A DNA stretch of 64,000 nt from Myxococcota bacterium (GTDB lineage: Bacteria; Myxococcota_A; UBA796; UBA2385). Position 1 is the first letter of the stretch, and the number at the start of each line of letters is the position of its first letter. The translations under genes and the position numbers were made by a program. The DNA lies in contig JBIJDH010000001.1 of the NCBI GenBank assembly GCA_044344255.1, positions 320,001 through 384,000 of the forward strand. The letters run 5' to 3'. Of this stretch, positions 49,793 to 58,951 are shown one piece after another. The notes under the pieces are model-generated. The model ran no database searches. It worked only from the letters and a program-made list of their open reading frames with translations, and was not told the origin of the DNA.

Positions 49793-52282
49793 ATGTCGTA
49801 CCCACGCTGGACGAAGCTCCGCGCCGCGGCGCGCCTGCTCCCCCTCGCCTTGCTCGGCTGCCGCGAGGCCCCGCCGCCGCCGCTCTCGCTGCGCGGGTCC
49901 GGCGGCGGCGCCCCGATGCTCCGCCTGCTCGACCACCGGTCCGAGGCCAACTTGCGCCTGCCGGCGGCGAGCCTGCCCCCCGAGGGGCCCAGCGGGGGTC
50001 GCTTCCGGCTCGATCAGGGTTGGCAGCGGGTCCGTGGGGGTCGGGTGTGGCAGCGGCCGGCGCCGATCCCCCTCCCCCACCTCCACTACACCACCGCGCC
50101 CACCGGGGTCCGCCTCGAGGACGCGGCCGGGGTGTCGCTCCCCTACACGAACGGGCTGCTTGAGCGCGCCACCCCCACCGGCTCCTGGGAGGTGGTGGAG
50201 GGCACGCTCTACCTGAGCTCCCCCACCGACCCGGGCAAGGCCCCGCCGCGACTCCACTCCGCCCCCACCGCCGAGGCGGAGCGCCGCCTCGACCCGACCG
50301 CGAGCGGCCTCGCCCCCGCCGACTACGTGAGCGAGCGGATCACCGTCGCCGGCCACACCCGCGACGCCCTGCTGCTGCCCGCCCCCGCCGAGGTCCGATA
50401 CACCGTCACCCTGCCCACGGGCGCCGCCCACGTGCGCTTCGGGGCGGCGCTCTATCCGCCGCCCGTCTCCGCCTGGGAGGGGGCAGCCCGCCTGTCCGTG
50501 GAGGTCGAGGGGGCCTCCATCTGGTCCCTCGAGGCCCGCGCCGGTGAGCCCTGGACAGAGGTCAGCCTCGACCTCAGCCCTTGGGCAGGACAGACGATTG
50601 ACCTCCGCCTCCAGGCGGAGCGCCTCTCCCCGGACGCCGCCGGCTGGGCCGCCTTCGCCACCCCCGAGCTCTCCGGGACGCCCAGCACTCTGGGCCCGCG
50701 GCGCGTCGTGCTCGTCGGCGTCGACACCCTGCGCCTGAGCCACCTCTCTCGGGAGGGCTATCCGCGGCCCACCACCCCGCACCTCGACGCCCTCGCGGCC
50801 GAGTCGGTGGTCTTCTCCGAGGCCCGCGCGCCCGCGCCCCGCACCCGCCCGAGCTTCCGCACCCTGCTCACCGGCCGCGAGCCCCTGGCCGCGATCGGCG
50901 CCCCCACGCTCGCCGAGGCCTTCGCCGCCGCCGGCTGGAGCACCGCCGGCTTCGTCGCCAACGTGCACCTCATCCCCCGCCTCGGGATGGCGGACGGCTT
51001 CCGCTGGTGGGAGTACCTCGACTCCGCCCCCGCCGCCCACCAGGTCGACCGGACCCTGTCCTGGCTGACCGAGCACCAGGGAGAGGACAGCCTCGTCTTC
51101 CTGCACCTGATGGACCCTCACGTCTTCTACACCCCGCCGCCGCCCTACCTCGATCGGTTCACGACCGGCCTCGACCCTGGCGACCTGCCCGACAACTACA
51201 ACCGCTGGCTGGTGCGCCGCTGGGAGGAGGCCGAGCCCCTCACCCCGGCGAAGCGGGAATTCATGATCGCCCGCTACGACGGAGAGCTCGCGTACATCGA
51301 CGATCAGCTCGATCGCCTCGTGCAGGCGATAGACCGCCTGCCGGGACAGACCACCCTCGTGCTCACCTCCGACCACGGAGAGGAGTTCTGGGAGCACGGC
51401 GGCTTCGAGCACAACCACACGCTCTATGACGAGCTCCTCCGCACGGTGCTCTGGATCCGCCCCCCGAAGGGAGGCGTCGGCGCCGAGATCGACGCCCCCA
51501 CCGCCCTCGCCGACGTCGCCCCCACCCTGCTCGACCTCGCCGGCCTGCCCCCCATCGAGACCGACGGCCTGTCCCTCGCCCCCCTCCTCCAGGGCTCACT
51601 CCCCCCCGCGCCCCTCCTCCAACAACTGATAGACCGGCCCCTGGCCCACGGCCACATGATGTTCGCCCCCGAACAGTGGGCCGTCACCACCCGCGGACAC
51701 AAGTACATCCTGTCGACCGGCAGCGGCGCCGAGCAGCTCTTCGACCTCCGCGCCGACCCCGGCGAGCACCACGACCTCTCCGCCTCCGCCCCGCTCGACC
51801 CCTATCGGGCGGCCCTTCACACCGCGACCGGCTGGCCCGTCGGTCCGGGCTGGCGGATCGTGCTCACGAAGCAGCGCGGCGGCTTCACGCTCACCTTCTC
51901 CGAGCCCCTCCTCGCCGCCGGCGTCATCGACCCCGAGGCCCTCCGCGACCACCGCGCCAACCTCGAGTGGGGAGAGATCCCCCCCTCCGTCCCCACCGAC
52001 GTCGGCGTCGTGACGCTGAGCGCCGACCGGCGGACCGTGACCTTTCGCCCCGGCCCCAAGGGCACCGGACGACTGTACCTGCTCGGCCCCACCGCCACCA
52101 CCACCGCGACGACCGACGCCGGGGCCACCGTTCAGGCCGGGAGCGTGACCCTCGGAGAGGGGGCGGCGGTGATTGAGGTTGGGATCGTGATCGTTCCGGA
52201 GGACAGTGAGGCGAAACGACTGGCCGGGAACCACGACCCGGACGCGATCGAGAGCCTAAGGGCGCTGGGGTATGTGGAGTAG
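49793..52282 (+). CDS. Sulfatase/alkaline-phosphatase-superfamily lipoprotein (Thr at nucleophile position)
   Basis: Lipobox LLGC; VDTLR, PRTRPSFRTLLTG, HLMDPH, YDGE, SDHGE, LFDLRADPGE, LRALGYVE. Confidence 0.85.
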   Translation: MSYPRWTKLRAAARLLPLALLGCREAPPPPLSLRGSGGGAPMLRLLDHRSEANLRLPAASLPPEGPSGGRFRLDQGWQRVRGGRVWQRPAPIPLPHLHYTTAPTGVRLEDAAGVSLPYTNGLLERATPTGSWEVVEGTLYLSSPTDPGKAPPRLHSAPTAEAERRLDPTASGLAPADYVSERITVAGHTRDALLLPAPAEVRYTVTLPTGAAHVRFGAALYPPPVSAWEGAARLSVEVEGASIWSLEARAGEPWTEVSLDLSPWAGQTIDLRLQAERLSPDAAGWAAFATPELSGTPSTLGPRRVVLVGVDTLRLSHLSREGYPRPTTPHLDALAAESVVFSEARAPAPRTRPSFRTLLTGREPLAAIGAPTLAEAFAAAGWSTAGFVANVHLIPRLGMADGFRWWEYLDSAPAAHQVDRTLSWLTEHQGEDSLVFLHLMDPHVFYTPPPPYLDRFTTGLDPGDLPDNYNRWLVRRWEEAEPLTPAKREFMIARYDGELAYIDDQLDRLVQAIDRLPGQTTLVLTSDHGEEFWEHGGFEHNHTLYDELLRTVLWIRPPKGGVGAEIDAPTALADVAPTLLDLAGLPPIETDGLSLAPLLQGSLPPAPLLQQLIDRPLAHGHMMFAPEQWAVTTRGHKYILSTGSGAEQLFDLRADPGEHHDLSASAPLDPYRAALHTATGWPVGPGWRIVLTKQRGGFTLTFSEPLLAAGVIDPEALRDHRANLEWGEIPPSVPTDVGVVTLSADRRTVTFRPGPKGTGRLYLLGPTATTTATTDAGATVQAGSVTLGEGAAVIEVGIVIVPEDSEAKRLAGNHDPDAIESLRALGYVE

Positions 52283-52581
52283 CGGTGAGTTGGGGTGGTG
52301 GTTGGTCGGAACCTCGACCGACACTCGGCCGCCCCCGAGACAGACTTCGAAGCGAAAAGGAATCGGAGCGAGGCGAACAGACCTCCACCTCAACAAAGGC
52401 GGCAAGGTGCGGACTGCTCGCGGCCCCAAGCTCAGTGCACGCGGTGCGTGCACTCTTGACCTGGACCCACCACCGTGAGCTCCCTCGACCGACGACCCGG
52501 GAAGCTGGCGCTCCCTCGCTCTGGGCGCATTCCAGCTGACTGGGACATTGAGCACGCGCGACGGTATGTGCGTACTGCAGC

Positions 52582-52855
52582 CTGTGCAGCGCGAGGCGGC
52601 CCACCTCCAGCGCATGCGCGAGGCTGACGGCCAACGACTGAGCCCCGAACTCGCGCTCAAGCTCCCTGCAGAGATCCTCGACGCTCCGCTGAAGGGTGAG
52701 CTTTCCGAGCGCCACCTTGATGACGAGCTCCCGGGGGCTCACGACGCTCAGGGGGAGCTCATCGGCCTCGAGGATCGCCTCCCTGGCGGTCGCCGAGAGG
52801 GCTTCGGACCGGAGAGCGCCCAGAGGGCGGCGTGGGTGTCGAGCACCAAACTCAA
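52582..52855 (-). pseudogene. vapC: VapC (PIN) toxin pseudogene, frameshifted and truncated
   Basis: TTG at 52855 gives LSLVLDTHAALWALSGP; 1-nt frameshift near 52805; continues EALSATAREAI..LSVVSPRELVIKVALGKL..HALEVGRLALHR; DPFDR motif missing. Confidence 0.78.
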
Positions 52856-52960
52856 TGGGACCTGAAATCCAAACCCTCGATGGACAGGGGCTCATCGAAG
52901 TCGTCTCGAAGTACCGCGACGCCGGGCATCGTCCCGAAGCGCCGCCTCGGTGTGGTCGCT
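52852..52960 (-). pseudogene. C-terminal remnant of the cognate antitoxin
   Basis: PRRRFGTMPGVAVLRDDFDEPL..stop, resembling the RxxG..DDFDxPL tail of VapC-associated antitoxins; its TGA overlaps the vapC TTG; no start found. Confidence 0.6.
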
Positions 52961-53008
52961 GAGCCCTCCGCCGGCGGGGCGCCCCCCTCCGGCGCCGATG
53001 CGGCGCCA

Positions 53009-53035
53009 CCTCCCCCCGCGAAACGCGGGAGGAGG
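53009..53035 (-). terminator. GC-rich hairpin downstream of the orphan wecG 3' copy
   Basis: CCTCCCCCCGCG-AAA-CGCGGGAGGAGG; no U-tract. Confidence 0.4.
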
Positions 53036-53090
53036 ATCTTCGGGGAGCAAGCCGAGCTCCCCGCCCCATCACCCAGCGGTGACGTTGGCC

Positions 53091-53344
53091 GCTCAGCCCC
53101 CGTCGGCCAGCCGGGTGCGCCGCCGCAGCCGGTACTCCCGCAGCACGTACTTCACGAAGGTGAGGTCATCGAGGAAGCGGGGGCCCATGCGCTTCGGCTC
53201 CAGGATGACCCGCCAGGTGATCTCCACGCCGCTCGTCAGCATCCAGCGCGGGGCGCGGGTGGTGAGGCCGGTGGCGATGTCGAAGGCGCCGCCCACGCCG
53301 AGCACGAAGGGGACCTTGAGCTCGGCCCGGTTGCGCTCCACGAA
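53091..53344 (-). repeat. Direct repeat copy 1: orphan 3' end of the wecG-like gene
   Basis: 254 bp matching 55843-56096 with 5 mismatches by eye; encodes FVERNRAELKVPF..RLADGG stop without the 5' part. Confidence 0.95.
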
Positions 53345-53447
53345 GGACAAGGTCGCCCACTTCACGCTGTACTTCACACCTCCGCCACGTGGCGTTACGG
53401 GAGGCGCAGGCGACCGGGTGTGAAGCCGGACGCCAGAGGGGGTGAAC

Positions 53448-54245
53448 ATGACCGACAGCCCGCTGACCGGCCCGCCGCCGAGTGAGGTGCCGCTACCACG
53501 GGCGCCGCTGGTGCGGGTGATCGCGCAGGTCCGCTTCCCGATCATCGCCTCGGTGGAGAAGCGCGACTTCATCGCGCAGTTCCAGGAGGCGATCCGGGAT
53601 AACTACCCGTTGATGCGTCAGGAGACGTCGAGCTCCCTCGTCAGCACACAAGGCCTGGGCCAGATCGAGGTGCGGTCCAACACCGTCTGGAGGTTCCACG
53701 ACCGGGAGCATCACTGGCGTGTCACGCTCGCCGCAGATTTCATCGCGCTGGAGGCGAACGCCTACAGGAGCCGCAGGGACTTCTTCGGTCGCTTCGAGCG
53801 CCTGATGGTGGCGCTCGCTGAGCATGTCCGCCCCAGCGCACTCGACCGCCTCGGGGTTCGGTACATCGACCGGCTCACGGACCAGGCGTTTGGCGAGCTG
53901 TCCTCGTTCATTCAACCCGCGCTGCTGGGCGCACTCGGAACAACGGTGGGCCGTCACGCGCGGCTCGCCCTCAGCGAGTACGTGTTCGACTTGCCCGACG
54001 AGCGTGGTCAGATGCGGGCACGTTGGGGAATCGTTCCAATGAACGCCACCATTGACCCGACCGCCATAGAGGCGATCGATAAGCCGAGCTGGATCCTCGA
54101 CCTCGACGCCTTCGTGCAGGAGGAGCGAACCTTCGAACCCACGCATGTGGCAAAGGAGGCGACCCGGCTGGCCGCGCGATGTTACGCCTTCTTCCGTTGG
54201 TCGGTGACGGAGCGGTTCCTTGAGTACTTTGCGGAGATGCCATGA
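53448..54245 (+). CDS. TIGR04255-like sporadically distributed protein
   Basis: APLVRVIAQVRFP, YP, WRFHD..WRVTL, F..RF, RLGVRYIDR, WILDLD, FFRWSVT; AGAGGGG RBS. Confidence 0.75.
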   Translation: MTDSPLTGPPPSEVPLPRAPLVRVIAQVRFPIIASVEKRDFIAQFQEAIRDNYPLMRQETSSSLVSTQGLGQIEVRSNTVWRFHDREHHWRVTLAADFIALEANAYRSRRDFFGRFERLMVALAEHVRPSALDRLGVRYIDRLTDQAFGELSSFIQPALLGALGTTVGRHARLALSEYVFDLPDERGQMRARWGIVPMNATIDPTAIEAIDKPSWILDLDAFVQEERTFEPTHVAKEATRLAARCYAFFRWSVTERFLEYFAEMP

Positions 54246-54952
54246 CCTCGATGGTGCATGAAGGCGTCCCGACGTACGGCACCTCCGCGATGGGCGCGCG
54301 GTCTACGCGCCCGGCCCTCATGGTGGTCTTGGTGACGGGGGCGATCACACTCCAGGCGACCACCGCCAGCCGTGAAGGTTGTCTCATCGGCGTTCAAGTG
54401 GTCTTCGACACCAGCGCGACGACCGCCGGGGGTGGGATCGCCGCCTCGGCCGCCGTGTCCGAGCCGGCCGAAGCGGACACGACGGCGCAGGCGCTCTCGA
54501 AGCTCCGTCGGGTATCCGGCTTGACCTGGGAGCAGCTCGGCCGTGTGTTCGCCGTGAGCCGTCGCGCGGTGCACTTCTGGGCGAGCGGAAGGCCCATGTC
54601 CGCCGAACACGAGGAGCACCTTCGACAAGCGCTCGCGCTGGTTCATCACCGTCCGGCGGGGGCCGATCAAGTACGCGGCGCCCTGCTCTCCATCGTCGAT
54701 GGACAGCAGGTGCTGGAGCTCCTCGCGTCGAAGCGCTTCGAGGAGGTGGAGGCTGCGCTGACGTCGAGCGTGGGCGCGAGACAGCGGCCGAATGCACCCA
54801 CACGGGCGCCGCTCTCCCCGTCAGCCAACGCCGCTCGGCGACCACCGCCGCCCGACGTGATGGCGGCGGGCGAGGACGAGTCCGCGCACACCCTCATGGG
54901 GCGCGGGCGAACGGCGCGCACCTCGCGGAGTCGCGGTCGTGGCCAGTCCTGA
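54242..54952 (+). CDS. Xre-type HTH protein with MbcA/ParS-like C-terminal segment (putative antitoxin/regulator)
   Basis: LRRVSGLTWEQLGRVFAVSRRAVHFWASG; GQQVLELLASKRFEEV; ATGA overlap with upstream gene. Confidence 0.7.
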   Translation: MTSMVHEGVPTYGTSAMGARSTRPALMVVLVTGAITLQATTASREGCLIGVQVVFDTSATTAGGGIAASAAVSEPAEADTTAQALSKLRRVSGLTWEQLGRVFAVSRRAVHFWASGRPMSAEHEEHLRQALALVHHRPAGADQVRGALLSIVDGQQVLELLASKRFEEVEAALTSSVGARQRPNAPTRAPLSPSANAARRPPPPDVMAAGEDESAHTLMGRGRTARTSRSRGRGQS

Positions 54953-55784
54953 CCACGGCTCCGCAGACATCGACCAGGCACTGGCGTCGTGGCGCCAGGG
55001 CGACAGCGTGCTGGGCCAGCACTGGTTCCTTGGGCGGGCGGATCCATCGCGACCCATCACAGACCAGAGCCGGGAGGACTGCGACCCCGAGACGGGGAAC
55101 TACGAGAGCGAGGTCCCCGGGTTCTCCGTCCTCACGCAGACCTGCGATCTGGTCCGGCGATGCGATCACCGTCCATTCGTCGAGATCGCGCCGCTCACCC
55201 ACCTCGACGAGGAGGAGTGGCGATCCGTGGTCCGGGGGCGCCAGCCGCGTTTCGCGTGCGTGCCGGCGCTGGCCCACCGGCGCCTCGCCGTCGACCTCGA
55301 TCGCGTGATGACCGTGGAGAAGGCGGTCGTTGCCACATGGGAGCGCGTCCCGGGCTGGTCTACGGACGATGAAGCTCGATCCTTCGCGCTCGCGCTGGCG
55401 CGCAAGCGGGCCCGCGCAGCGCTCCCCAATGACTTCGTCGAAGTGGCGCGCCCTCTCCAAGGCCGAATCGTCGAGAGGCATGACAAACAGAGCGAAGAGG
55501 GGCAGGCGCTGCGTTCCCTTCGCGAAATCCGCGTCCGCGCGGCCCCTTCCTGGGAAGCCGCCGATGTGGAGATCGACCTCCTCTTCATCCGAGACGAAAC
55601 AGCCACGGAATTCGCGGGCAAGACCTGGGCGGATTGGATGAGCCAGTGGCTGAAACGCGTTCCGGCTGGCGGGCGCTTTCGGCGCATCGATGGAGTTGTA
55701 CAGACACTCGACGACCTCAGCGCCCGAGACTACCTTGAGAGCGATCCCCTCGACCTCGGGTACCTGTCCGACCGCCCGCCGTAG
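54939..55784 (+). CDS. Hypothetical protein with MazF/PemK-like N-terminal pattern (putative toxin)
   Basis: WRQGD, VLTQTCDL, VEIAPL, VDLDRVMTVEK; GTG start overlaps upstream CDS end. Confidence 0.65.
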   Translation: MASPDHGSADIDQALASWRQGDSVLGQHWFLGRADPSRPITDQSREDCDPETGNYESEVPGFSVLTQTCDLVRRCDHRPFVEIAPLTHLDEEEWRSVVRGRQPRFACVPALAHRRLAVDLDRVMTVEKAVVATWERVPGWSTDDEARSFALALARKRARAALPNDFVEVARPLQGRIVERHDKQSEEGQALRSLREIRVRAAPSWEAADVEIDLLFIRDETATEFAGKTWADWMSQWLKRVPAGGRFRRIDGVVQTLDDLSARDYLESDPLDLGYLSDRPP

Positions 55785-55842
55785 TGAGCGCCATGTCCCC
55801 GCCCCGCGCCCGATCCACGCATCAGGCCCGATGACGCAGGGA

Positions 55843-56096
55843 GCTCAGCCCCCGTCGGCCAGCCGGGTGCGCCGCCGCAGCCGGTACTCCCGCAGTACGT
55901 ACTTCACGAAGGTGAGGTCATCGAGGAAGCGGGGGCCCATGCGCTTCGGCTCCTGGATGACCCGCCAGGTGATCTCCACGCCGCTCTTCTGCATCCAGCG
56001 CGGGGCGCGGGTGGTGAGGCCGGCGGCGATGTCGAAGGCGCCGCCCACGCCGAGCACGAAGGGGACCTTGAGCTCGGCCCGGTTGCGCTCCACGAA
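55843..56096 (-). repeat. Direct repeat copy 2: 3' end of the intact wecG-like gene
   Basis: Matches 53091-53344 at offset 2752. Confidence 0.95.
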
Positions 56097-56666
56097 CTCC
56101 TCCTTCTTGGGGGAGGAGATGGCGATGAAGAGCATGTCGGCCTTGGAGTCGTTGATCTGGCGGGTGATCTCCGCCTCGTCCTCGACCTTGAAGTAGCCGT
56201 TACGGCGGCCGACGATCTGGATGCCCGGATACTGCTTCTCGAAGTTGTCGGCCGCCTTCTGGACCGACTCCTCCTTCGCGCCGAGCATGAAGATGCGGTA
56301 GCCCTTCTTCTGCGAGACCGGCAGCATCTCGAACATGATGTCGACGCTCGGCACCCGCTCGGGCAGCGCGTCCTGGAAGAGGCGGCTGAACCAGATCACC
56401 GGCGTGCCGTCGGCGGTGATGAGGTCACAGGAGCGCACGATGCGGGCGAACTCGGGCTCCCGCTGCATCTTGAGGAGCTGATCGACGTTGACGCCGATGC
56501 TCTGGTAGACGCGGTCACGGCGCGCGATGTAGCCCTCGACCCGGCGGATGGCCTCGGCCATGTCGACGCGGTCGAAGGGGCAGCTGAACATCTGCACGCG
56601 GTCGAGCTTCTCGCCCGCGGCAGAGGTGTGGAGATACTCCCCAGCGGGGATCCCGGCGCCGTGCAT
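55845..56666 (-). CDS. WecG/TagA/CpsF-family glycosyltransferase (GT26)
   Basis: ADGTPVIW, GRRNGYF, SSPKKE, GVGGAFD, RAPRWMQ, EPKRM; ATG 56666 after AGGAG. Confidence 0.9.
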   Translation of the reverse strand: MHGAGIPAGEYLHTSAAGEKLDRVQMFSCPFDRVDMAEAIRRVEGYIARRDRVYQSIGVNVDQLLKMQREPEFARIVRSCDLITADGTPVIWFSRLFQDALPERVPSVDIMFEMLPVSQKKGYRIFMLGAKEESVQKAADNFEKQYPGIQIVGRRNGYFKVEDEAEITRQINDSKADMLFIAISSPKKEEFVERNRAELKVPFVLGVGGAFDIAAGLTTRAPRWMQKSGVEITWRVIQEPKRMGPRFLDDLTFVKYVLREYRLRRRTRLADGG

Positions 56667-56674
56667 GGTCGCTC

Positions 56675-57724
56675 CTAAGCCTGCTCGGCCTTGACCGTCA
56701 TCTCGCGCACCGCGCTCGAGGCGCCGGGGCCGAAGCTGGCGGCGTGATCGATGCGGTTCCAGTTGTCGCGGAACCAGCGGATGTTGGCCTCGAGGCCGAC
56801 CTCGAAGGGCGTGTTCGGGTTGTAGCCGATGAGCTTGCCCGCCTTCTCGACGCTGGCGCAGAGGCGACGCTTGGTGTCCCACTTGCGGCGGGCGGCCCAG
56901 GAGATGCCCGCCTTGTTGCCGACGGCCTCGTTGATCATCTCGGCGAGCTCGCCGATGCGCGTCTCCCGGCCGGAGGCGAGGTTGAACTCCTCACCGATGG
57001 CCTCGGGGAGCACGCCCGAGCGGAGCAGGCCGTCGTTGATGTCGCCCACGAAGGTGAAGTCGCGGGTCTCGGAGCCGTCGCCCGTGAGCGGGAGCGGGAG
57101 GCCCTTCATCGCCCAGTAGATGAAGTTGGGGATGACGTTGCGGTACTGCCCCGGCACTTCGCCCGGCCCGTAGCTGTTGAAGAAGCGGGCCTTCACCACC
57201 GGCACATTGTAGTGGTGGTGGAAGAAGTTGCCGTAGAGCTCTCCCAGCATCTTGGTGATCTGGTAGGGCGTCGTGAGGTGCATGCTCATGAACTCCTCCC
57301 GCAGCGGGAGGGGAGCGGCGCTGCCGTAGATCGAGCAGCCGCTCGAGGCGTACACGAAGCGCTCGACCGGGTGGAGCGTGCTGTACTCGAGGAGCCGCAG
57401 CGTGCCCATGCCGTTGACCATGAGGTCGTTCTCGGGGTGATCCACCGAGTTCTGGTTCGCGAAGAAGGCGGCGAGGTGGAAGACGATGTGCGGCTTCTCG
57501 AAGAAGCAGCGCTTGAGCTTCACCTCGTCGAGGATATCGCCCTCGACGAACAGCACGTTCGGGAGGCTCGGCACGTTCCAGCGCGGCGAGCTCACGAGGT
57601 TGTCGAGGATGATGACCTTGGCCGCGATCGGGGAGAGTGCGCGGACGAGGTTTGAGCCGATGGCGCCAGCGCCGCCCGTGACGAGCACGGTCTTGCCGGC
57701 GTATTGGGAGAGGTGATCGGACAT
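56675..57724 (-). CDS. NAD-dependent nucleotide-sugar epimerase/dehydratase
   Basis: TGGAGAIG, YQITK (YxxxK), RFFNSYGP, TRDFTFV. Confidence 0.92.
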   Translation of the reverse strand: MSDHLSQYAGKTVLVTGGAGAIGSNLVRALSPIAAKVIILDNLVSSPRWNVPSLPNVLFVEGDILDEVKLKRCFFEKPHIVFHLAAFFANQNSVDHPENDLMVNGMGTLRLLEYSTLHPVERFVYASSGCSIYGSAAPLPLREEFMSMHLTTPYQITKMLGELYGNFFHHHYNVPVVKARFFNSYGPGEVPGQYRNVIPNFIYWAMKGLPLPLTGDGSETRDFTFVGDINDGLLRSGVLPEAIGEEFNLASGRETRIGELAEMINEAVGNKAGISWAARRKWDTKRRLCASVEKAGKLIGYNPNTPFEVGLEANIRWFRDNWNRIDHAASFGPGASSAVREMTVKAEQA

Positions 57725-57876
57725 GGGCGTCTCTCTCGAGGTGGAAGACGAGGGGGTGCTGGGTAGACCGGGATACGCACTGGGCCGTCCCCGGGATCTC
57801 ACCGGCAGCGACCACGGTCCGCTCCTCCGATGAGCCCACGCCGCCTCATGCCCCGCTCCACCCGGCTCGGCACGTC

Positions 57877-58911
57877 ATGGAATGCAAATCCTTGATCAGC
57901 CCCCGAATCGTCACGCCCCCCTTCCGGGGCCCTCTCTTCGTCGTCGGGATGCCGAGGTCGGGCACCAAGCTGCTGCGCGATCTCCTCAACGGACACAGCC
58001 AGATCGGCATCCCCGCCGCAGAGACGGAGTTCCTCCCCGACTGGTGCCGCCGCTGGCCCGAGTTCGGAGATCTGTCAGACCGCGCGACCTTCCAGCGCTT
58101 TTATGACCGGATGCAGAAGAGCGCATACTTTGTGTACCTCCGCGAAGAGCAGCGCTACGAGACCGACCCCCAGCGCTGGTACGAGGCCTGCGCCGGTTGG
58201 GGGGTGGCCGAGGTCTTCGAGGCCCTGATCCGGGAGGACGCCCATTGTCCCTTGGGATCGACGCGCATCTGGGGTGACAAGTCCCCCTCCTACATCGCCC
58301 AGGTGCCCCTGCTCGACCGCCTCTGGCCCTCGGCGCGGGTGGTTCACATCGTCCGCGACGTGCGCGACTACGCGCTCTCCATCCACCACGCCTGGGGCAA
58401 GGACATGCTCCGTGCCGCGCAGCGCTGGGTGGATCGGGTGGAGCAGGTGGCGCAGGAGGGCGCCGCCCTCGGCCCGCACCGCTTCCAAGAGCTGCGGTAT
58501 GAGGACCTCCTCACCGATCCGGCGGTCGCGCTCGACAAGCTCAGCGGCTTCCTGGACATCCCCTTCGAACCCAGCATGACGAAGCTCCAACGCGCCTCGG
58601 AGAACAAGGGGGATGCTAAGGGTGAGATCGGGATCAAGGCGGATAACAGCGGGAAGTTCGGGGCCCGGATGGAGCCCGGGCTCCGCCGCGCCATCGAGGC
58701 CATCGCCGCCCCGACCCTCGCTCGGTACGGCTATGAGGGCGTCCCCTCGACCCCCGCCTCGCGGGTGCCCGCCTGGCGGATGATGGCGGGGCAAGCCGCC
58801 GACGGCGCGGCCCTCGTGCGCTCGGAGGCCGACGAGCGGGGCTGGCTCGGCGCCCTCCGCTTCCGGTGGTCGGTCTTCGCCGAGACGGGGGCCTGGGAGC
58901 GGCTCCGATAA
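57877..58911 (+). CDS. PAPS-dependent sulfotransferase
   Basis: GMPRSGTK, WGDKSP, IVRDVRD..S, LRYEDL. Confidence 0.88.
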   Translation: MECKSLISPRIVTPPFRGPLFVVGMPRSGTKLLRDLLNGHSQIGIPAAETEFLPDWCRRWPEFGDLSDRATFQRFYDRMQKSAYFVYLREEQRYETDPQRWYEACAGWGVAEVFEALIREDAHCPLGSTRIWGDKSPSYIAQVPLLDRLWPSARVVHIVRDVRDYALSIHHAWGKDMLRAAQRWVDRVEQVAQEGAALGPHRFQELRYEDLLTDPAVALDKLSGFLDIPFEPSMTKLQRASENKGDAKGEIGIKADNSGKFGARMEPGLRRAIEAIAAPTLARYGYEGVPSTPASRVPAWRMMAGQAADGAALVRSEADERGWLGALRFRWSVFAETGAWERLR

Positions 58912-58951
58912 GGCCGCGGAGCCCCTCTCCCCGCGCGAGCCGGGCCGTCGG

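Larger units (their letters stand above)
53345..55842. mobile_element. Small genomic islet between 254-bp direct repeats (no integrase seen)
   Basis: Flanking duplication, more A/T-ending codons than host genes, three coupled ORFs on the strand opposite wecG. Confidence 0.7.

Noticed and set aside
52283..52581. Possible nuclease remnant (RWWVQVKSAR, QxK-like motif) on the minus strand
   Set aside because: A single short motif with no start or supporting PD motif; cannot be supported
53093..53572. 159-aa minus-strand ORF ending in the wecG C-terminus
   Set aside because: Chimeric reading of the orphan repeat plus the antisense of the TIGR04255-like gene; not a credible gene
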